DNA of 64,000 bases from the IMG/VR virus record IMGVR_UViG_3300043409_001462, positions 64,001 through 128,000 of that record. One strand, written 5' to 3'. The translations under genes and the position numbers were made by a program. Numbering within the stretch: the first letter of the stretch is position 1; each line of letters begins with the position of its first letter. Below the pieces are notes generated by a model. It was not told the DNA's origin. It made no database searches and saw nothing but the letters and a program-made list of their open reading frames with translations. Below, piece after piece: positions 41,799 through 48,280 of this stretch. Origin of the DNA: a virus.

Positions 41799-41966
41799 AT
41801 GAACCTTTCGGATCTCTTTGCTGAGTTTAAGTCACTTCCCTCCGCCGAAGCCAAGGTTGAGTACCTTCGGTCTCTTGCTACGCTCAACCTTCCCTACGAT
41901 ATTAATTACCAAGCTCTAATTGCCGCTTGGGAACGTATAGCTCGAGTTGAAGCGGCTCGAGCTTAA
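41799..41966 (+). CDS. Small early hypothetical protein (55 aa)
   Basis: AGGAG RBS just downstream of promoter. Confidence 0.55.
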   Translation: MNLSDLFAEFKSLPSAEAKVEYLRSLATLNLPYDINYQALIAAWERIARVEAARA

Positions 41967-42010
41967 CAATAAAAAAATAAAAAAAAGTATTGTCTAGCTA
42001 CGATTTAGGG

Positions 42011-42039
42011 TTGACTTCCTCGACTAACTGTAGTATACT
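42011..42039 (+). promoter_or_regulatory. Early sigma70-type promoter
   Basis: TTGACT-17-TATACT with upstream A tracts. Confidence 0.75.
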
Positions 42040-42086
42040 ATATGCATGGTTGGTTGAGGTTGTCGCCTCGTTACAGGAGCTGAGCA

Positions 42087-42278
42087 ATGAAAGCTTTCAC
42101 GGTTTACGGTTCTTTCTACGGTTCGGATGAGCTTCCCGAGGCTATCGCCTCTTTTCCCACCTATCTTGAGGCTGAGATTTTCGTTCGCGATTATCCCGAG
42201 TCCGACCCTATCGTCGAGTACGATCGGTACTTGATTGAGATGACGGTTGGTGGCGCTCGTTTTACTACCTACGCCTAA
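42087..42278 (+). CDS. Small early hypothetical protein
   Basis: AGGAG RBS. Confidence 0.55.
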   Translation: MKAFTVYGSFYGSDELPEAIASFPTYLEAEIFVRDYPESDPIVEYDRYLIEMTVGGARFTTYA

Positions 42279-42291
42279 CTGGAGCTTGACT

Positions 42292-42465
42292 ATGACTGTA
42301 TACGTTCTTCTCGTTGGATACGACTATGAGGGGCAGCAGTGCCTCGGTGTATATTACTCTCGCCAGGAGGCTCAGGAAGCCTTCGAGGCGGCTGACTGGT
42401 TGGGTGGGTACCCTGCGATCGAGGAACGAGTCCTCGGCGTCCCTGCAGAAGCTCTTGACCTCTAG
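42292..42465 (+). CDS. Small early hypothetical protein
   Basis: GGAG RBS; start at MTVYVL. Confidence 0.55.
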   Translation: MTVYVLLVGYDYEGQQCLGVYYSRQEAQEAFEAADWLGGYPAIEERVLGVPAEALDL

Positions 42466-42474
42466 GAGATAATT

Positions 42475-42660
42475 ATGTTCGTAGCAATTCTCACGAATTT
42501 CGGTAACACCATCTATAGCGGTGACGACCTGTCAGCTGCTATTGCTAAGGTTGAGTCTGCTTGCTTCGAAGCCACGGTTCAGCATTACGAATCAGACGGT
42601 CGTAGCGGACTGATGAGCTATTCTCCCATCTCTGGGTGGAGGACGATTGTTTCGTTCTAG
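42475..42660 (+). CDS. Small early hypothetical protein
   Basis: AGGAG RBS. Confidence 0.55.
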   Translation: MFVAILTNFGNTIYSGDDLSAAIAKVESACFEATVQHYESDGRSGLMSYSPISGWRTIVSF

Positions 42661-42674
42661 GAACAATTTTCCTG

Positions 42675-42703
42675 TTGACTTCCTCTGAAAGCTGTAGTAT
42701 ACT
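42675..42703 (+). promoter_or_regulatory. Early sigma70-type promoter
   Basis: TTGACT-17-TATACT; near-copy of the 42011 promoter. Confidence 0.75.
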
Positions 42704-42730
42704 ATATGTACGGTTGATAAGGAGCCTCTG

Positions 42731-42832
42731 ATGTCTACGAATGATCTTCTGATTGTGTTTGGTCCGCTTATCGTGATGGCGCTGGGTATGGCGCTCGGTC
42801 TTATCGTTTACACCATCCGTGAGGTACGCTAA
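42731..42832 (+). CDS. Small membrane peptide (33 aa)
   Basis: AAGGAG RBS; hydrophobic helix. Confidence 0.45.
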   Translation: MSTNDLLIVFGPLIVMALGMALGLIVYTIREVR

Positions 42833-43191
42833 TGTCTGGTATGAACCTGCTGCTGTCTGATTCTCGTGGCGTCTATATCCCTCGCGACTTCGCTGATTTC
42901 GGCGCGCATTGGGATGGCGTAAAAGCCGAAGATCTCGAAATTCTCGCCGCTGGACCCGACCACGAGCACTACTGGGAAGCCTGGGACGCTGTGTTGGGGG
43001 CTGCTACCTATACCGATGGTAAAAACAATGTGTGGCACCTTTCTCAAGACGGTGACTTGTGGGCTGTTTGTCCTGATCTTATGACCGATGAGGAGTACTA
43101 TGGCTACTACGGCGAGCATCGTTCTGATCTCGACGCTGACAGTCGATTTGAAACTGACAACTGGTATGACACTTCTGCGGAGTTGCGCTAA
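42832..43191 (+). CDS. Acidic early hypothetical protein
   Basis: GAGGT RBS; TAATG overlap. Confidence 0.6.
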   Translation: MSGMNLLLSDSRGVYIPRDFADFGAHWDGVKAEDLEILAAGPDHEHYWEAWDAVLGAATYTDGKNNVWHLSQDGDLWAVCPDLMTDEEYYGYYGEHRSDLDADSRFETDNWYDTSAELR

Positions 43192-43406
43192 TGTCTGATA
43201 CATTTTTCTCTCGTCCACCTGATACTCAGATTCGTGAGCTGGTAGATGAGCTATACAAGCGACTCATCGATAGTCGTAGGCTGCTCAAGATGTACGACGA
43301 GGATCCTGATCTAGCTCGTCGTAGTCATGACAAAGGTTACGCTCAAGGTATTCGTGAGGAAATCGCTTACCTAGGTCGTTTGCTCGACAAATATGAGCGT
43401 AGCTAA
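43191..43406 (+). CDS. Hypothetical protein
   Basis: TAATG coupling on both sides. Confidence 0.55.
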   Translation: MSDTFFSRPPDTQIRELVDELYKRLIDSRRLLKMYDEDPDLARRSHDKGYAQGIREEIAYLGRLLDKYERS

Positions 43407-43777
43407 TGACTATGCATCTTCTGCCTGCATTCGTTTCTACAACGAGCACTCGCAAACGTAAGTCAAAGCTTACGAGTAAGGCTAAGATTCAACTTGCAAC
43501 GCATCAGCAGTGGGTTGAAAAAATGACAAAAGGTATGAAGTCGGATAAGAAAGTACTTGACAAAGCCTGGAGAAAAGAGTATACTAGTTCTATGGTTGTT
43601 GATCGTTCGGCGTTTCAGAAGTCAGGTATGGCTCCTGGTGTTTGTGCGAAACCAGAAGAGAAAGTTTACTCTGGTGAAATGCAGCTGTTAGGTATTGCTA
43701 CGATGCACAAGTCCAATATGGTTCCTGTGTTTAAGAAGCAAGATGCCGAAGATATCGCTAGGATGAGGAGAGGTTGA
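43406..43777 (+). CDS. Basic hypothetical protein
   Basis: TAATG coupling; GIATMHKSN.VPVF motif. Confidence 0.6.
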   Translation: MTMHLLPAFVSTTSTRKRKSKLTSKAKIQLATHQQWVEKMTKGMKSDKKVLDKAWRKEYTSSMVVDRSAFQKSGMAPGVCAKPEEKVYSGEMQLLGIATMHKSNMVPVFKKQDAEDIARMRRG

Positions 43778-43953
43778 TGAACGATCAAATTGAAATTCAA
43801 GCTCAAGACAACTCTGGTATGTGGCGTACGTATCATGTAACCATGAACGATTCGCAACGAATTTTGGCTGAGATGCGGTCTATCCAATCTCGCTATCCGA
43901 ACTATCGTGTTCGTGCGATAGATCAGAATGGTCGTGTTGTAGACATTCTGTAA
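43777..43953 (+). CDS. Hypothetical protein (58 aa)
   Basis: TGATG overlap; GGAG RBS. Confidence 0.5.
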   Translation: MNDQIEIQAQDNSGMWRTYHVTMNDSQRILAEMRSIQSRYPNYRVRAIDQNGRVVDIL

Positions 43954-43960
43954 ATAGTAG

Positions 43961-43989
43961 TTGACTTTCTTCAAGAAAGTTAGTATAAT
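43961..43989 (+). promoter_or_regulatory. Sigma70-type promoter
   Basis: TTGACT-17-TATAAT. Confidence 0.75.
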
Positions 43990-44039
43990 AATGAAAGTTG
44001 GTCGTTCGACTGACTAAATAAGTGGAAATGGAGAATTAA

Positions 44040-44327
44040 ATGACTAAGACTGCTCGTGTATTGAATGCCTTTTTGAATGGTGAGAAGCTTACTGCTAAGC
44101 AGATCGCCGCACGTTTTGGTGCTGGTAATCCCCATGAGATCGTTCGTTCGCTCCGCTCTAAGGGCTATGCAATCTATCTCAATGAACATACGAATTCGAA
44201 GGGTAATACGACCAATAAGTATCGCCTCGGTGCACCTTCTCGTGCTATCGTAGCTGCTGGTATCGCTGCTCTAGGTCCAGATTCAGTAGGACCAAATGCC
44301 CGCAAAGTTGCGGTGGGTCTCGTCTAA
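44040..44327 (+). CDS. Winged helix-turn-helix DNA-binding protein
   Basis: LTAKQIAARFG...VRSLRSKGY..Y...KYRLG pattern. Confidence 0.6.
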   Translation: MTKTARVLNAFLNGEKLTAKQIAARFGAGNPHEIVRSLRSKGYAIYLNEHTNSKGNTTNKYRLGAPSRAIVAAGIAALGPDSVGPNARKVAVGLV

Positions 44328-44348
44328 AGGTAGGGAATCCTACTAGTG

Positions 44349-44379
44349 GGCGGGATCCGAAAGGTTCCCGCCTTTTTTT
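44349..44379 (+). terminator. Intrinsic terminator
   Basis: GGCGGGA.CC-GAAA-GG.TCCCGCC plus T7. Confidence 0.9.
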
Positions 44380-44383
44380 ATGG

Positions 44384-44412
44384 TTGACTTCCTTCTAAAA
44401 GTCAGCTATACT
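44384..44412 (+). promoter_or_regulatory. Promoter of tRNA/ncRNA operon
   Basis: TTGACT-17-TATACT. Confidence 0.75.
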
Positions 44413-44431
44413 AAGTTAAGAATAAAGACTA

Positions 44432-44443
44432 CGCTGTTTGACA
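44432..44443 (+). promoter_or_regulatory. boxA-like antitermination element
   Basis: CGCTGTTTGACA about 20 nt after the -10; resembles rrn boxA GCTCTTTAACA. Confidence 0.45.
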
Positions 44444-44469
44444 TTGTTGGAAGCAGAAGCAATCGAAAG

Positions 44470-44578
44470 GTTGTTTCTTCATGGATGCACTTACGGTTCG
44501 ATTCCGTAGTGGTCTGATCAACCGCCTAGTTCTAGACTAGAAAAGCTGTGGACAGGAGTGCATCTTTGAAGAAACAAC
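44470..44578 (+). ncRNA. Structured ncRNA A: long stem bearing a T-arm and an anticodon-like arm
   Basis: GTTGTTTCTTCA/TGAAGAAACAAC and GATGCACT/AGTGCATC stems enclosing TACGG-TTCGATT-CCGTA. Confidence 0.6.
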
Positions 44579-44774
44579 TTATTAGGTGTGGTGTTATGGA
44601 AAATTGCAGTGTTCCTGCACAGCGCACAGTCCCTGGAGCCCTCTGTCCTGCAGGCACGGCATAAACTGAGTTGCAATCAAAAATTGGGGTCGCGCCCAGC
44701 AATAAGATTGCAGAGTAAAGCGAACGGTATGGCGGTCTATCCATATCCATAACATAACATCACTCCTAATAAGT
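44577..44774 (+). ncRNA. Structured ncRNA B (unknown family)
   Basis: ACTTATTAGG/CCTAATAAGT and GTGGTGTTATG/CATAACATCAC closing stems; internal TGCAATC/GATTGCA stem. Confidence 0.55.
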
Positions 44775-44777
44775 ATT

Positions 44778-44854
44778 GGACTCTTAGCTCATTTGGTTAG
44801 AGCAGCGGTCTTTTAAACCGTTGGTGCTGGGTTCGAGTCCCAGAGAGTCCACCA
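44778..44854 (+). tRNA. tRNA-Lys(UUU)
   Basis: Cloverleaf; loop CTTTTAA; CCA. Confidence 0.93.
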
Positions 44855-44857
44855 TAA

Positions 44858-44930
44858 TTGCTTGTAGGGAGAGCCTAGTCGCTCCTGCATGTATTGGAGA
44901 GGCTTAAGCCTGGCGGTATACAGCAAGCAA
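44858..44930 (+). ncRNA. Small structured ncRNA C
   Basis: TTGCTTG/CAAGCAA closing stem with two internal hairpins, between tRNAs. Confidence 0.4.
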
Positions 44931-44939
44931 CTTATATAC

Positions 44940-45014
44940 TGGCGTATAGCTCAGTGGTAGAGCACTGTCCTGATAAGACAGGGGTCAATGGATCGTAACC
45001 ATTTACGCCAACCA
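44940..45014 (+). tRNA. tRNA-Ile(GAU)
   Basis: Cloverleaf; loop CTGATAA; atypical T-loop ATCGTAA; CCA. Confidence 0.88.
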
Positions 45015-45024
45015 AATAGAATAA

Positions 45025-45101
45025 CGGAGATTGGCTCAGTCTGGTAGAGCATTCGCTTTGGGAGCGAAGGGTCGCAAGTTCGAATCTTGCATCTCCGACC
45101 A
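45025..45101 (+). tRNA. tRNA-Pro(UGG)
   Basis: Cloverleaf; loop TTTGGGA; CCA. Confidence 0.93.
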
Positions 45102-45107
45102 AATAAC

Positions 45108-45197
45108 GGAAGAATGGCCGAGTGGTTGATGGCTCTAGTCTTGAAAACTAGCATACCTGCAAGGGTATCGTGGGTTCGAATCCTACTTCTTCCGCCA
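45108..45197 (+). tRNA. tRNA-Ser(UGA)
   Basis: Long variable arm; loop CTTGAAA; CCA. Confidence 0.93.
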
Positions 45198-45211
45198 TAA
45201 ATAAAAGAATT

Positions 45212-45298
45212 GAGTAGGCTGCAGAGACGGTGGACTGCAACGGACTGTAAATCCGTCCTCTAAGAGCGTTGTGGGTTCGAATCCTACCCTACTCACCA
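45212..45298 (+). tRNA. tRNA-Tyr(GUA)
   Basis: Long variable arm; loop CTGTAAA; CCA. Confidence 0.9.
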
Positions 45299-45304
45299 TA
45301 ATAT

Positions 45305-45382
45305 CCTCCGTTGGTGTAGCGGTCTAACATACCCGCCTTTCAAGCGCGGAGATCATCGGTTCAAATCCGATACGGAGGACCA
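45305..45382 (+). tRNA. tRNA-Glu(UUC)
   Basis: Loop CTTTCAA; one anticodon-stem mismatch; CCA. Confidence 0.85.
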
Positions 45383-45388
45383 AATAAT

Positions 45389-45464
45389 GGACCATTAGCT
45401 CAGCTGGTAGAGCAGGAGACTCTTAATCTCTTTGTCGCAGGTTCGATCCCTGCATGGTTCACCA
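45389..45464 (+). tRNA. tRNA-Lys(CUU)
   Basis: Loop CTCTTAA; CCA. Confidence 0.93.
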
Positions 45465-45470
45465 AAGTTT

Positions 45471-45546
45471 TCCGCGATAGCTCAGTTGGTAGAGCGTCTG
45501 ACTGTTAATCAGAATGTCCCTGGTTCGAGCCCAGGTCGTGGAGCCA
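45471..45546 (+). tRNA. tRNA-Asn(GUU)
   Basis: Loop CTGTTAA; CCA. Confidence 0.94.
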
Positions 45547-45550
45547 ATTT

Positions 45551-45625
45551 GGTCCGTTAGCTCAGCGGAAGAGCAACTCCTTTACACGGAGAAGGTCGGC
45601 AGTTCAACCCTGTCACGGACTACCA
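45551..45625 (+). tRNA. tRNA-Val(UAC)
   Basis: Loop TTTACAC; CCA. Confidence 0.92.
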
Positions 45626-45629
45626 TTAT

Positions 45630-45705
45630 GGGGACATAGCTCAGTTGGGAGAGCGTCTGATTTGCATTCAGAAGGTCTGCGGTTCGATCCCGCATGTCTC
45701 CACCA
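45630..45705 (+). tRNA. tRNA-Ala(UGC)
   Basis: G3:U70 pair; loop TTTGCAT; CCA. Confidence 0.93.
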
Positions 45706-45796
45706 TAGGTGATGAGTTGTAGGTAAACCTGAATGCGCTAGGGAACCTTCCTAACTGTTGAGTGATGATGTCGTCACGCACTAGTTACTCAACAGT
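45706..45796 (+). ncRNA. Structured spacer/ncRNA D
   Basis: 12-bp ACTGTTGAGTGA/TTACTCAACAGT stem plus two small hairpins. Confidence 0.35.
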
Positions 45797-45804
45797 CCAG
45801 TTTC

Positions 45805-45880
45805 GCCCGTATAGCTCATCTGGTAGAGCACCTGTTTTGTACTCAGGAGGCGGTGGGTTCGAGTCCTGCTGCGGGCACCA
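45805..45880 (+). tRNA. tRNA-Thr(UGU)
   Basis: Loop TTTGTAC; CCA. Confidence 0.9.
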
Positions 45881-45886
45881 TTCTAT

Positions 45887-45961
45887 CGCGGGGTGGAGAA
45901 GTAGAATCTCGTTTGGCTCATACCCAAAAGACCGTCTGTGCAATTCAGACCTCCGCAACCA
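45887..45961 (+). tRNA. tRNA-fMet(CAU), initiator-like
   Basis: CGCGGGG 5' end with C1:A72 mismatch; loop CTCATAC; atypical T-loop TGCAATT. Confidence 0.8.
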
Positions 45962-45964
45962 ATT

Positions 45965-46039
45965 GCTCTCGTACGCATCTGGTGAGGCGACCCCTCTGTC
46001 TAAGGGGCGAGGAGGGTTCGATTCCCTTCGAGAGCGCCA
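45965..46039 (+). tRNA. tRNA-Asp(GUC)
   Basis: Loop CTGTCTA; G73; CCA. Confidence 0.85.
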
Positions 46040-46056
46040 CTTAATAAGGCTGTATT

Positions 46057-46662
46057 ATGCAAAATGAAGTGATAAGTCTTTTCCCAACAGCTGTTATGAA
46101 GTCTACATTGGACAGAAAACTTTCAAGAAAAGAAGTTAATTTTGTAAAGAAGAATTTTAAAAATATTAGAAGCAATTTGCAAAACAGTACTAGTTGTGAT
46201 AATTATATTTTAGAAAACCAAGAATTTGTTTCTTTGAAAGAGTTTATTGAAACACAGTTAGATGTATATTACAGAAAAGTATTAAATGTTGATACAAGCT
46301 CAAAGATCTACATTACACAATCATGGTTGAATTATTCTAAGCCAGGTGAATCACATCATCCACATACACATACTAATAGTTTTTTGAGTGGCGTATTCTA
46401 CATTAGCACAAATGAAAATGATAGAATTTTCTTTAGAAAACAAAAAGAATTTATACATATACCACCAACTGTTTGTAATGTTTGGAATTCTGATTTGTGG
46501 GCATTGTCAGCTGTAGAAGGATATCTTTATATTTTTCCTTCAAACCTTGAGCATTATGTGGAAAAAATAACAGGTAGTAAAACAAGAATTAGTTTGAGTT
46601 TCAATTCATTCATATCTGGAAAAATTGGAGCTCCTGATTTCTTATCAGAATTAAAGATATAA
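46057..46662 (+). CDS. 2OG-Fe(II) oxygenase (TIGR02466-like)
   Basis: LFPT, SWLN, HPHTH.NS.LSGVFY, IFPS.L.H.V, RISLSFN motifs. Confidence 0.8.
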   Translation: MQNEVISLFPTAVMKSTLDRKLSRKEVNFVKKNFKNIRSNLQNSTSCDNYILENQEFVSLKEFIETQLDVYYRKVLNVDTSSKIYITQSWLNYSKPGESHHPHTHTNSFLSGVFYISTNENDRIFFRKQKEFIHIPPTVCNVWNSDLWALSAVEGYLYIFPSNLEHYVEKITGSKTRISLSFNSFISGKIGAPDFLSELKI

Positions 46663-46663
46663 T

Positions 46664-46738
46664 TGGGGATTAGTTAAATTGGTATAACGGAGGATTCTGA
46701 CTCCTTTGTTCGAGGTTCGAGTCCTTGATCCCCAGCCA
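46664..46738 (+). tRNA. tRNA-Gln(CUG)
   Basis: U1:A72; loop TTCTGAC; CCA. Confidence 0.92.
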
Positions 46739-46741
46739 ATT

Positions 46742-46816
46742 GGTGCCTGAGTAGGACGGTAATGCGCAGGTCTGCAAAACCTTGAGAACCCAGTTCAACT
46801 CTGGGAGGCACCTCCA
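46742..46816 (+). tRNA. tRNA-Cys(GCA)
   Basis: Loop CTGCAAA; U73; CCA. Confidence 0.88.
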
Positions 46817-46824
46817 AATTTTGT

Positions 46825-46899
46825 GCGGGTATAGCTCAGTGGTAGAGCACTTCGTTGCCAACGAAGATGTCGTCGGTTCGACCCCGATTGCCCGCTCCA
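46825..46899 (+). tRNA. tRNA-Gly(GCC)
   Basis: Loop TTGCCAA; U73; CCA. Confidence 0.94.
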
Positions 46900-46976
46900 G
46901 TTCCGATAGCTCAACTGAATAGAGCAACGGTCTACGAAACCGTAGGTTGAGGGTTTGAGTCCTTCTCGGAACACCA
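46900..46976 (+). tRNA. tRNA-Arg(ACG)
   Basis: Loop CTACGAA; abuts tRNA-Gly with no spacer; CCA. Confidence 0.88.
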
Positions 46977-46994
46977 TTCATAGAAAGGTATATA

Positions 46995-47591
46995 ATGATT
47001 AGCAAACATTTATTGAATGAATTGAATTATATTGTAATTGATAGTGGTGTAAAGATGGAAGGTAATTTGTTTTACTACCATCAGACGACACCATCTGATA
47101 ATCTTTACGAACCTTTCGAAAAGAAACGTCAGAACCTACAGCTATTGGCTAAGAAGTTTGATAACATTATGGAGATCGGTTTCAATGCTGGCCATAGTGC
47201 TGCTTTGATGCTCGAAGCCAATCCTAATCTGTTCTTGGTTAGCATCGATATTGGTGAACATAGCTATGTTTCTTCATGCGGAAAGGCTATTCAATCTGCT
47301 TTCCCTGGAAGGCACCAGCTTATCATCAAGGATTCGAAGCTTATCACTCAGAAAGAAATTAGCTTCGCTCAAGCTGTCATCGTTGATGGTGGTCATGAAT
47401 TTGATGATTGCTCTGCAGACTTGGAGTTGTGTAAAACGTACTGCGCGCCAGGAACAGTTATCGTTATCGACGATATTGATTTGAATGGAGTGCAGCTTGC
47501 GTATAGGCATCACTCTAGAAGTTTGTCAGTATGGAAAGATATTGAAACAATATATAACCAAGCTTTCTTCACATTAAACTCGCCCGAGTAG
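46995..47591 (+). CDS. Class I SAM-dependent methyltransferase (Methyltransf_24-like)
   Basis: MEIGFNAGHS, VDGGH, VIDD motifs. Confidence 0.8.
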   Translation: MISKHLLNELNYIVIDSGVKMEGNLFYYHQTTPSDNLYEPFEKKRQNLQLLAKKFDNIMEIGFNAGHSAALMLEANPNLFLVSIDIGEHSYVSSCGKAIQSAFPGRHQLIIKDSKLITQKEISFAQAVIVDGGHEFDDCSADLELCKTYCAPGTVIVIDDIDLNGVQLAYRHHSRSLSVWKDIETIYNQAFFTLNSPE

Positions 47592-47658
47592 TCCAATTGG
47601 CAGAGGCGCTGGTCTTAGAAACCAGATGTTGGGGGTTCAAATCCCTCCTCGGGCACCA
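47582..47658 (+). tRNA. tRNA-Leu(UAG), short variable loop
   Basis: Loop CTTAGAA; A73; CCA; 5-nt variable region. Confidence 0.85.
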
Positions 47659-47662
47659 TTTT

Positions 47663-47774
47663 AGGTTGTGTTCAGCATACAATGGATGAACCAGTCGGTC
47701 GGGTGTTCGAGTCACCCCAGGAGCTCCTTGCTTCTGTAGCTCAGTGGTAGAGCAACTGCCAAAAAGTACAACCT
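47663..47774 (+). ncRNA. Array unit 1: YrlA-like RNA with circularly permuted tRNA module
   Basis: AGGTTGTG/TACAACCT closing stem; T-arm 47701-47717, loop-closed 7-bp acceptor stem 47718-47736, D-arm 47739-47753. Confidence 0.8.
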
Positions 47775-47788
47775 GTTGAAAATAGTGC

Positions 47789-47817
47789 TTGACTTATCCG
47801 TAGATAAAGCGTATTAT
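47789..47817 (+). promoter_or_regulatory. Promoter for array units 2-6 and DUF2828 gene
   Basis: TTGACT-17-TATTAT. Confidence 0.7.
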
Positions 47818-47833
47818 ATGTGTATTGAGTTTG

Positions 47834-47968
47834 AGATTGACCGTTCAGCAAACAGCTTTTGATCAAGCTAGTAGCCCCTGGGCTACGTATAGACTGGCTT
47901 TATACCTGGTCTCCAGTGGTTGTTTCTTCGGGCGTCCACTATAAAAAAATGAAATAAGAAGTCAATCT
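47834..47968 (+). ncRNA. Array unit 2: Y-RNA-like, multi-hairpin cargo
   Basis: AGATTGAC/GTCAATCT stem; GTTCAGCA motif; CTGTTGAG linker. Confidence 0.7.
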
Positions 47969-47978
47969 GTTGAGTTTT

Positions 47979-48067
47979 AGGAAGCATTCGGCAAACAATT
48001 ATTGATTGGTTCAACTCCAATACCAGCGGTTCACGCTAGTACGCCTCGTGTGGGGCAACTGCTTCCT
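47979..48067 (+). ncRNA. Array unit 3: degenerate YrlA-like RNA
   Basis: AGGAAGCA/TGCTTCCT stem; TTCGGCA; T-arm ATTGG-TTCAACT-CCAAT, acceptor-like and D-like hairpins. Confidence 0.7.
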
Positions 48068-48077
48068 GTTGAGTTCT

Positions 48078-48135
48078 AGGATTGTTACAGCATAAATGCA
48101 CTTGATTTGTAATCAAACCCGCAAAGGGCAATCCT
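48078..48135 (+). ncRNA. Array unit 4: Y-RNA-like with Thr(UGU) anticodon-arm mimic
   Basis: AGGATTG/CAATCCT stem; TTACAGCA; TTGA-TTTGTAA-TCAA. Confidence 0.7.
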
Positions 48136-48145
48136 GTTGAGTTTT

Positions 48146-48197
48146 AGGGTCAGTTCCGCATCTAAAATGATTGCATATATCAAACCAAGATGACCCT
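48146..48197 (+). ncRNA. Array unit 5: Y-RNA-like with 7-nt-loop hairpin
   Basis: AGGGTCA/TGACCCT stem; GTTCCGCA; TGAT-TGCATAT-ATCA. Confidence 0.7.
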
Positions 48198-48206
48198 GTT
48201 GAGTTT

Positions 48207-48259
48207 AGATTCAGTTCCGCAACCAATCAAATCGACTTGAAATCGACCAAAGTGAATCT
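48207..48259 (+). ncRNA. Array unit 6: Y-RNA-like with Ser(UGA) anticodon-arm mimic
   Basis: AGATTCA/TGAATCT stem; GTTCCGCA; TCGA-CTTGAAA-TCGA. Confidence 0.7.
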
Positions 48260-48280
48260 GTCGTAAAATGGAGAAGTGAA

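Noticed and set aside
44577-45796. Self-cleaving ribozyme, tmRNA or RNase P identity for ncRNAs B and D
   Set aside because: No complete hammerhead (CUGANGA..GAAA), twister or pistol core, tmRNA ends or RNase P P4 motif could be found by eye
44532-47005. ORF-track calls over the tRNA region (44532-44750, 44951-45154, 45762-46067, 45853-46044, 46670-47005, 46795-46977; also 50030-50227, 51098-51328)
   Set aside because: They overlap tRNA or structured RNA genes and lack RBS or protein-like features
47891-47912. Ochre-suppressor-like anticodon loop CT-TTA-TA in array unit 2
   Set aside because: Flanking stem is imperfect and an alternative pairing (ACTGG/CCAGT) exists; not supportable
47663-48259. 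CRISPR array interpretation of the repeated CTGTTGAGTT units
   Set aside because: The constant part is only about 10-14 nt, unit lengths range from about 52 to 135 nt, interiors are structured and closed by covarying stems, and there are no cas genes
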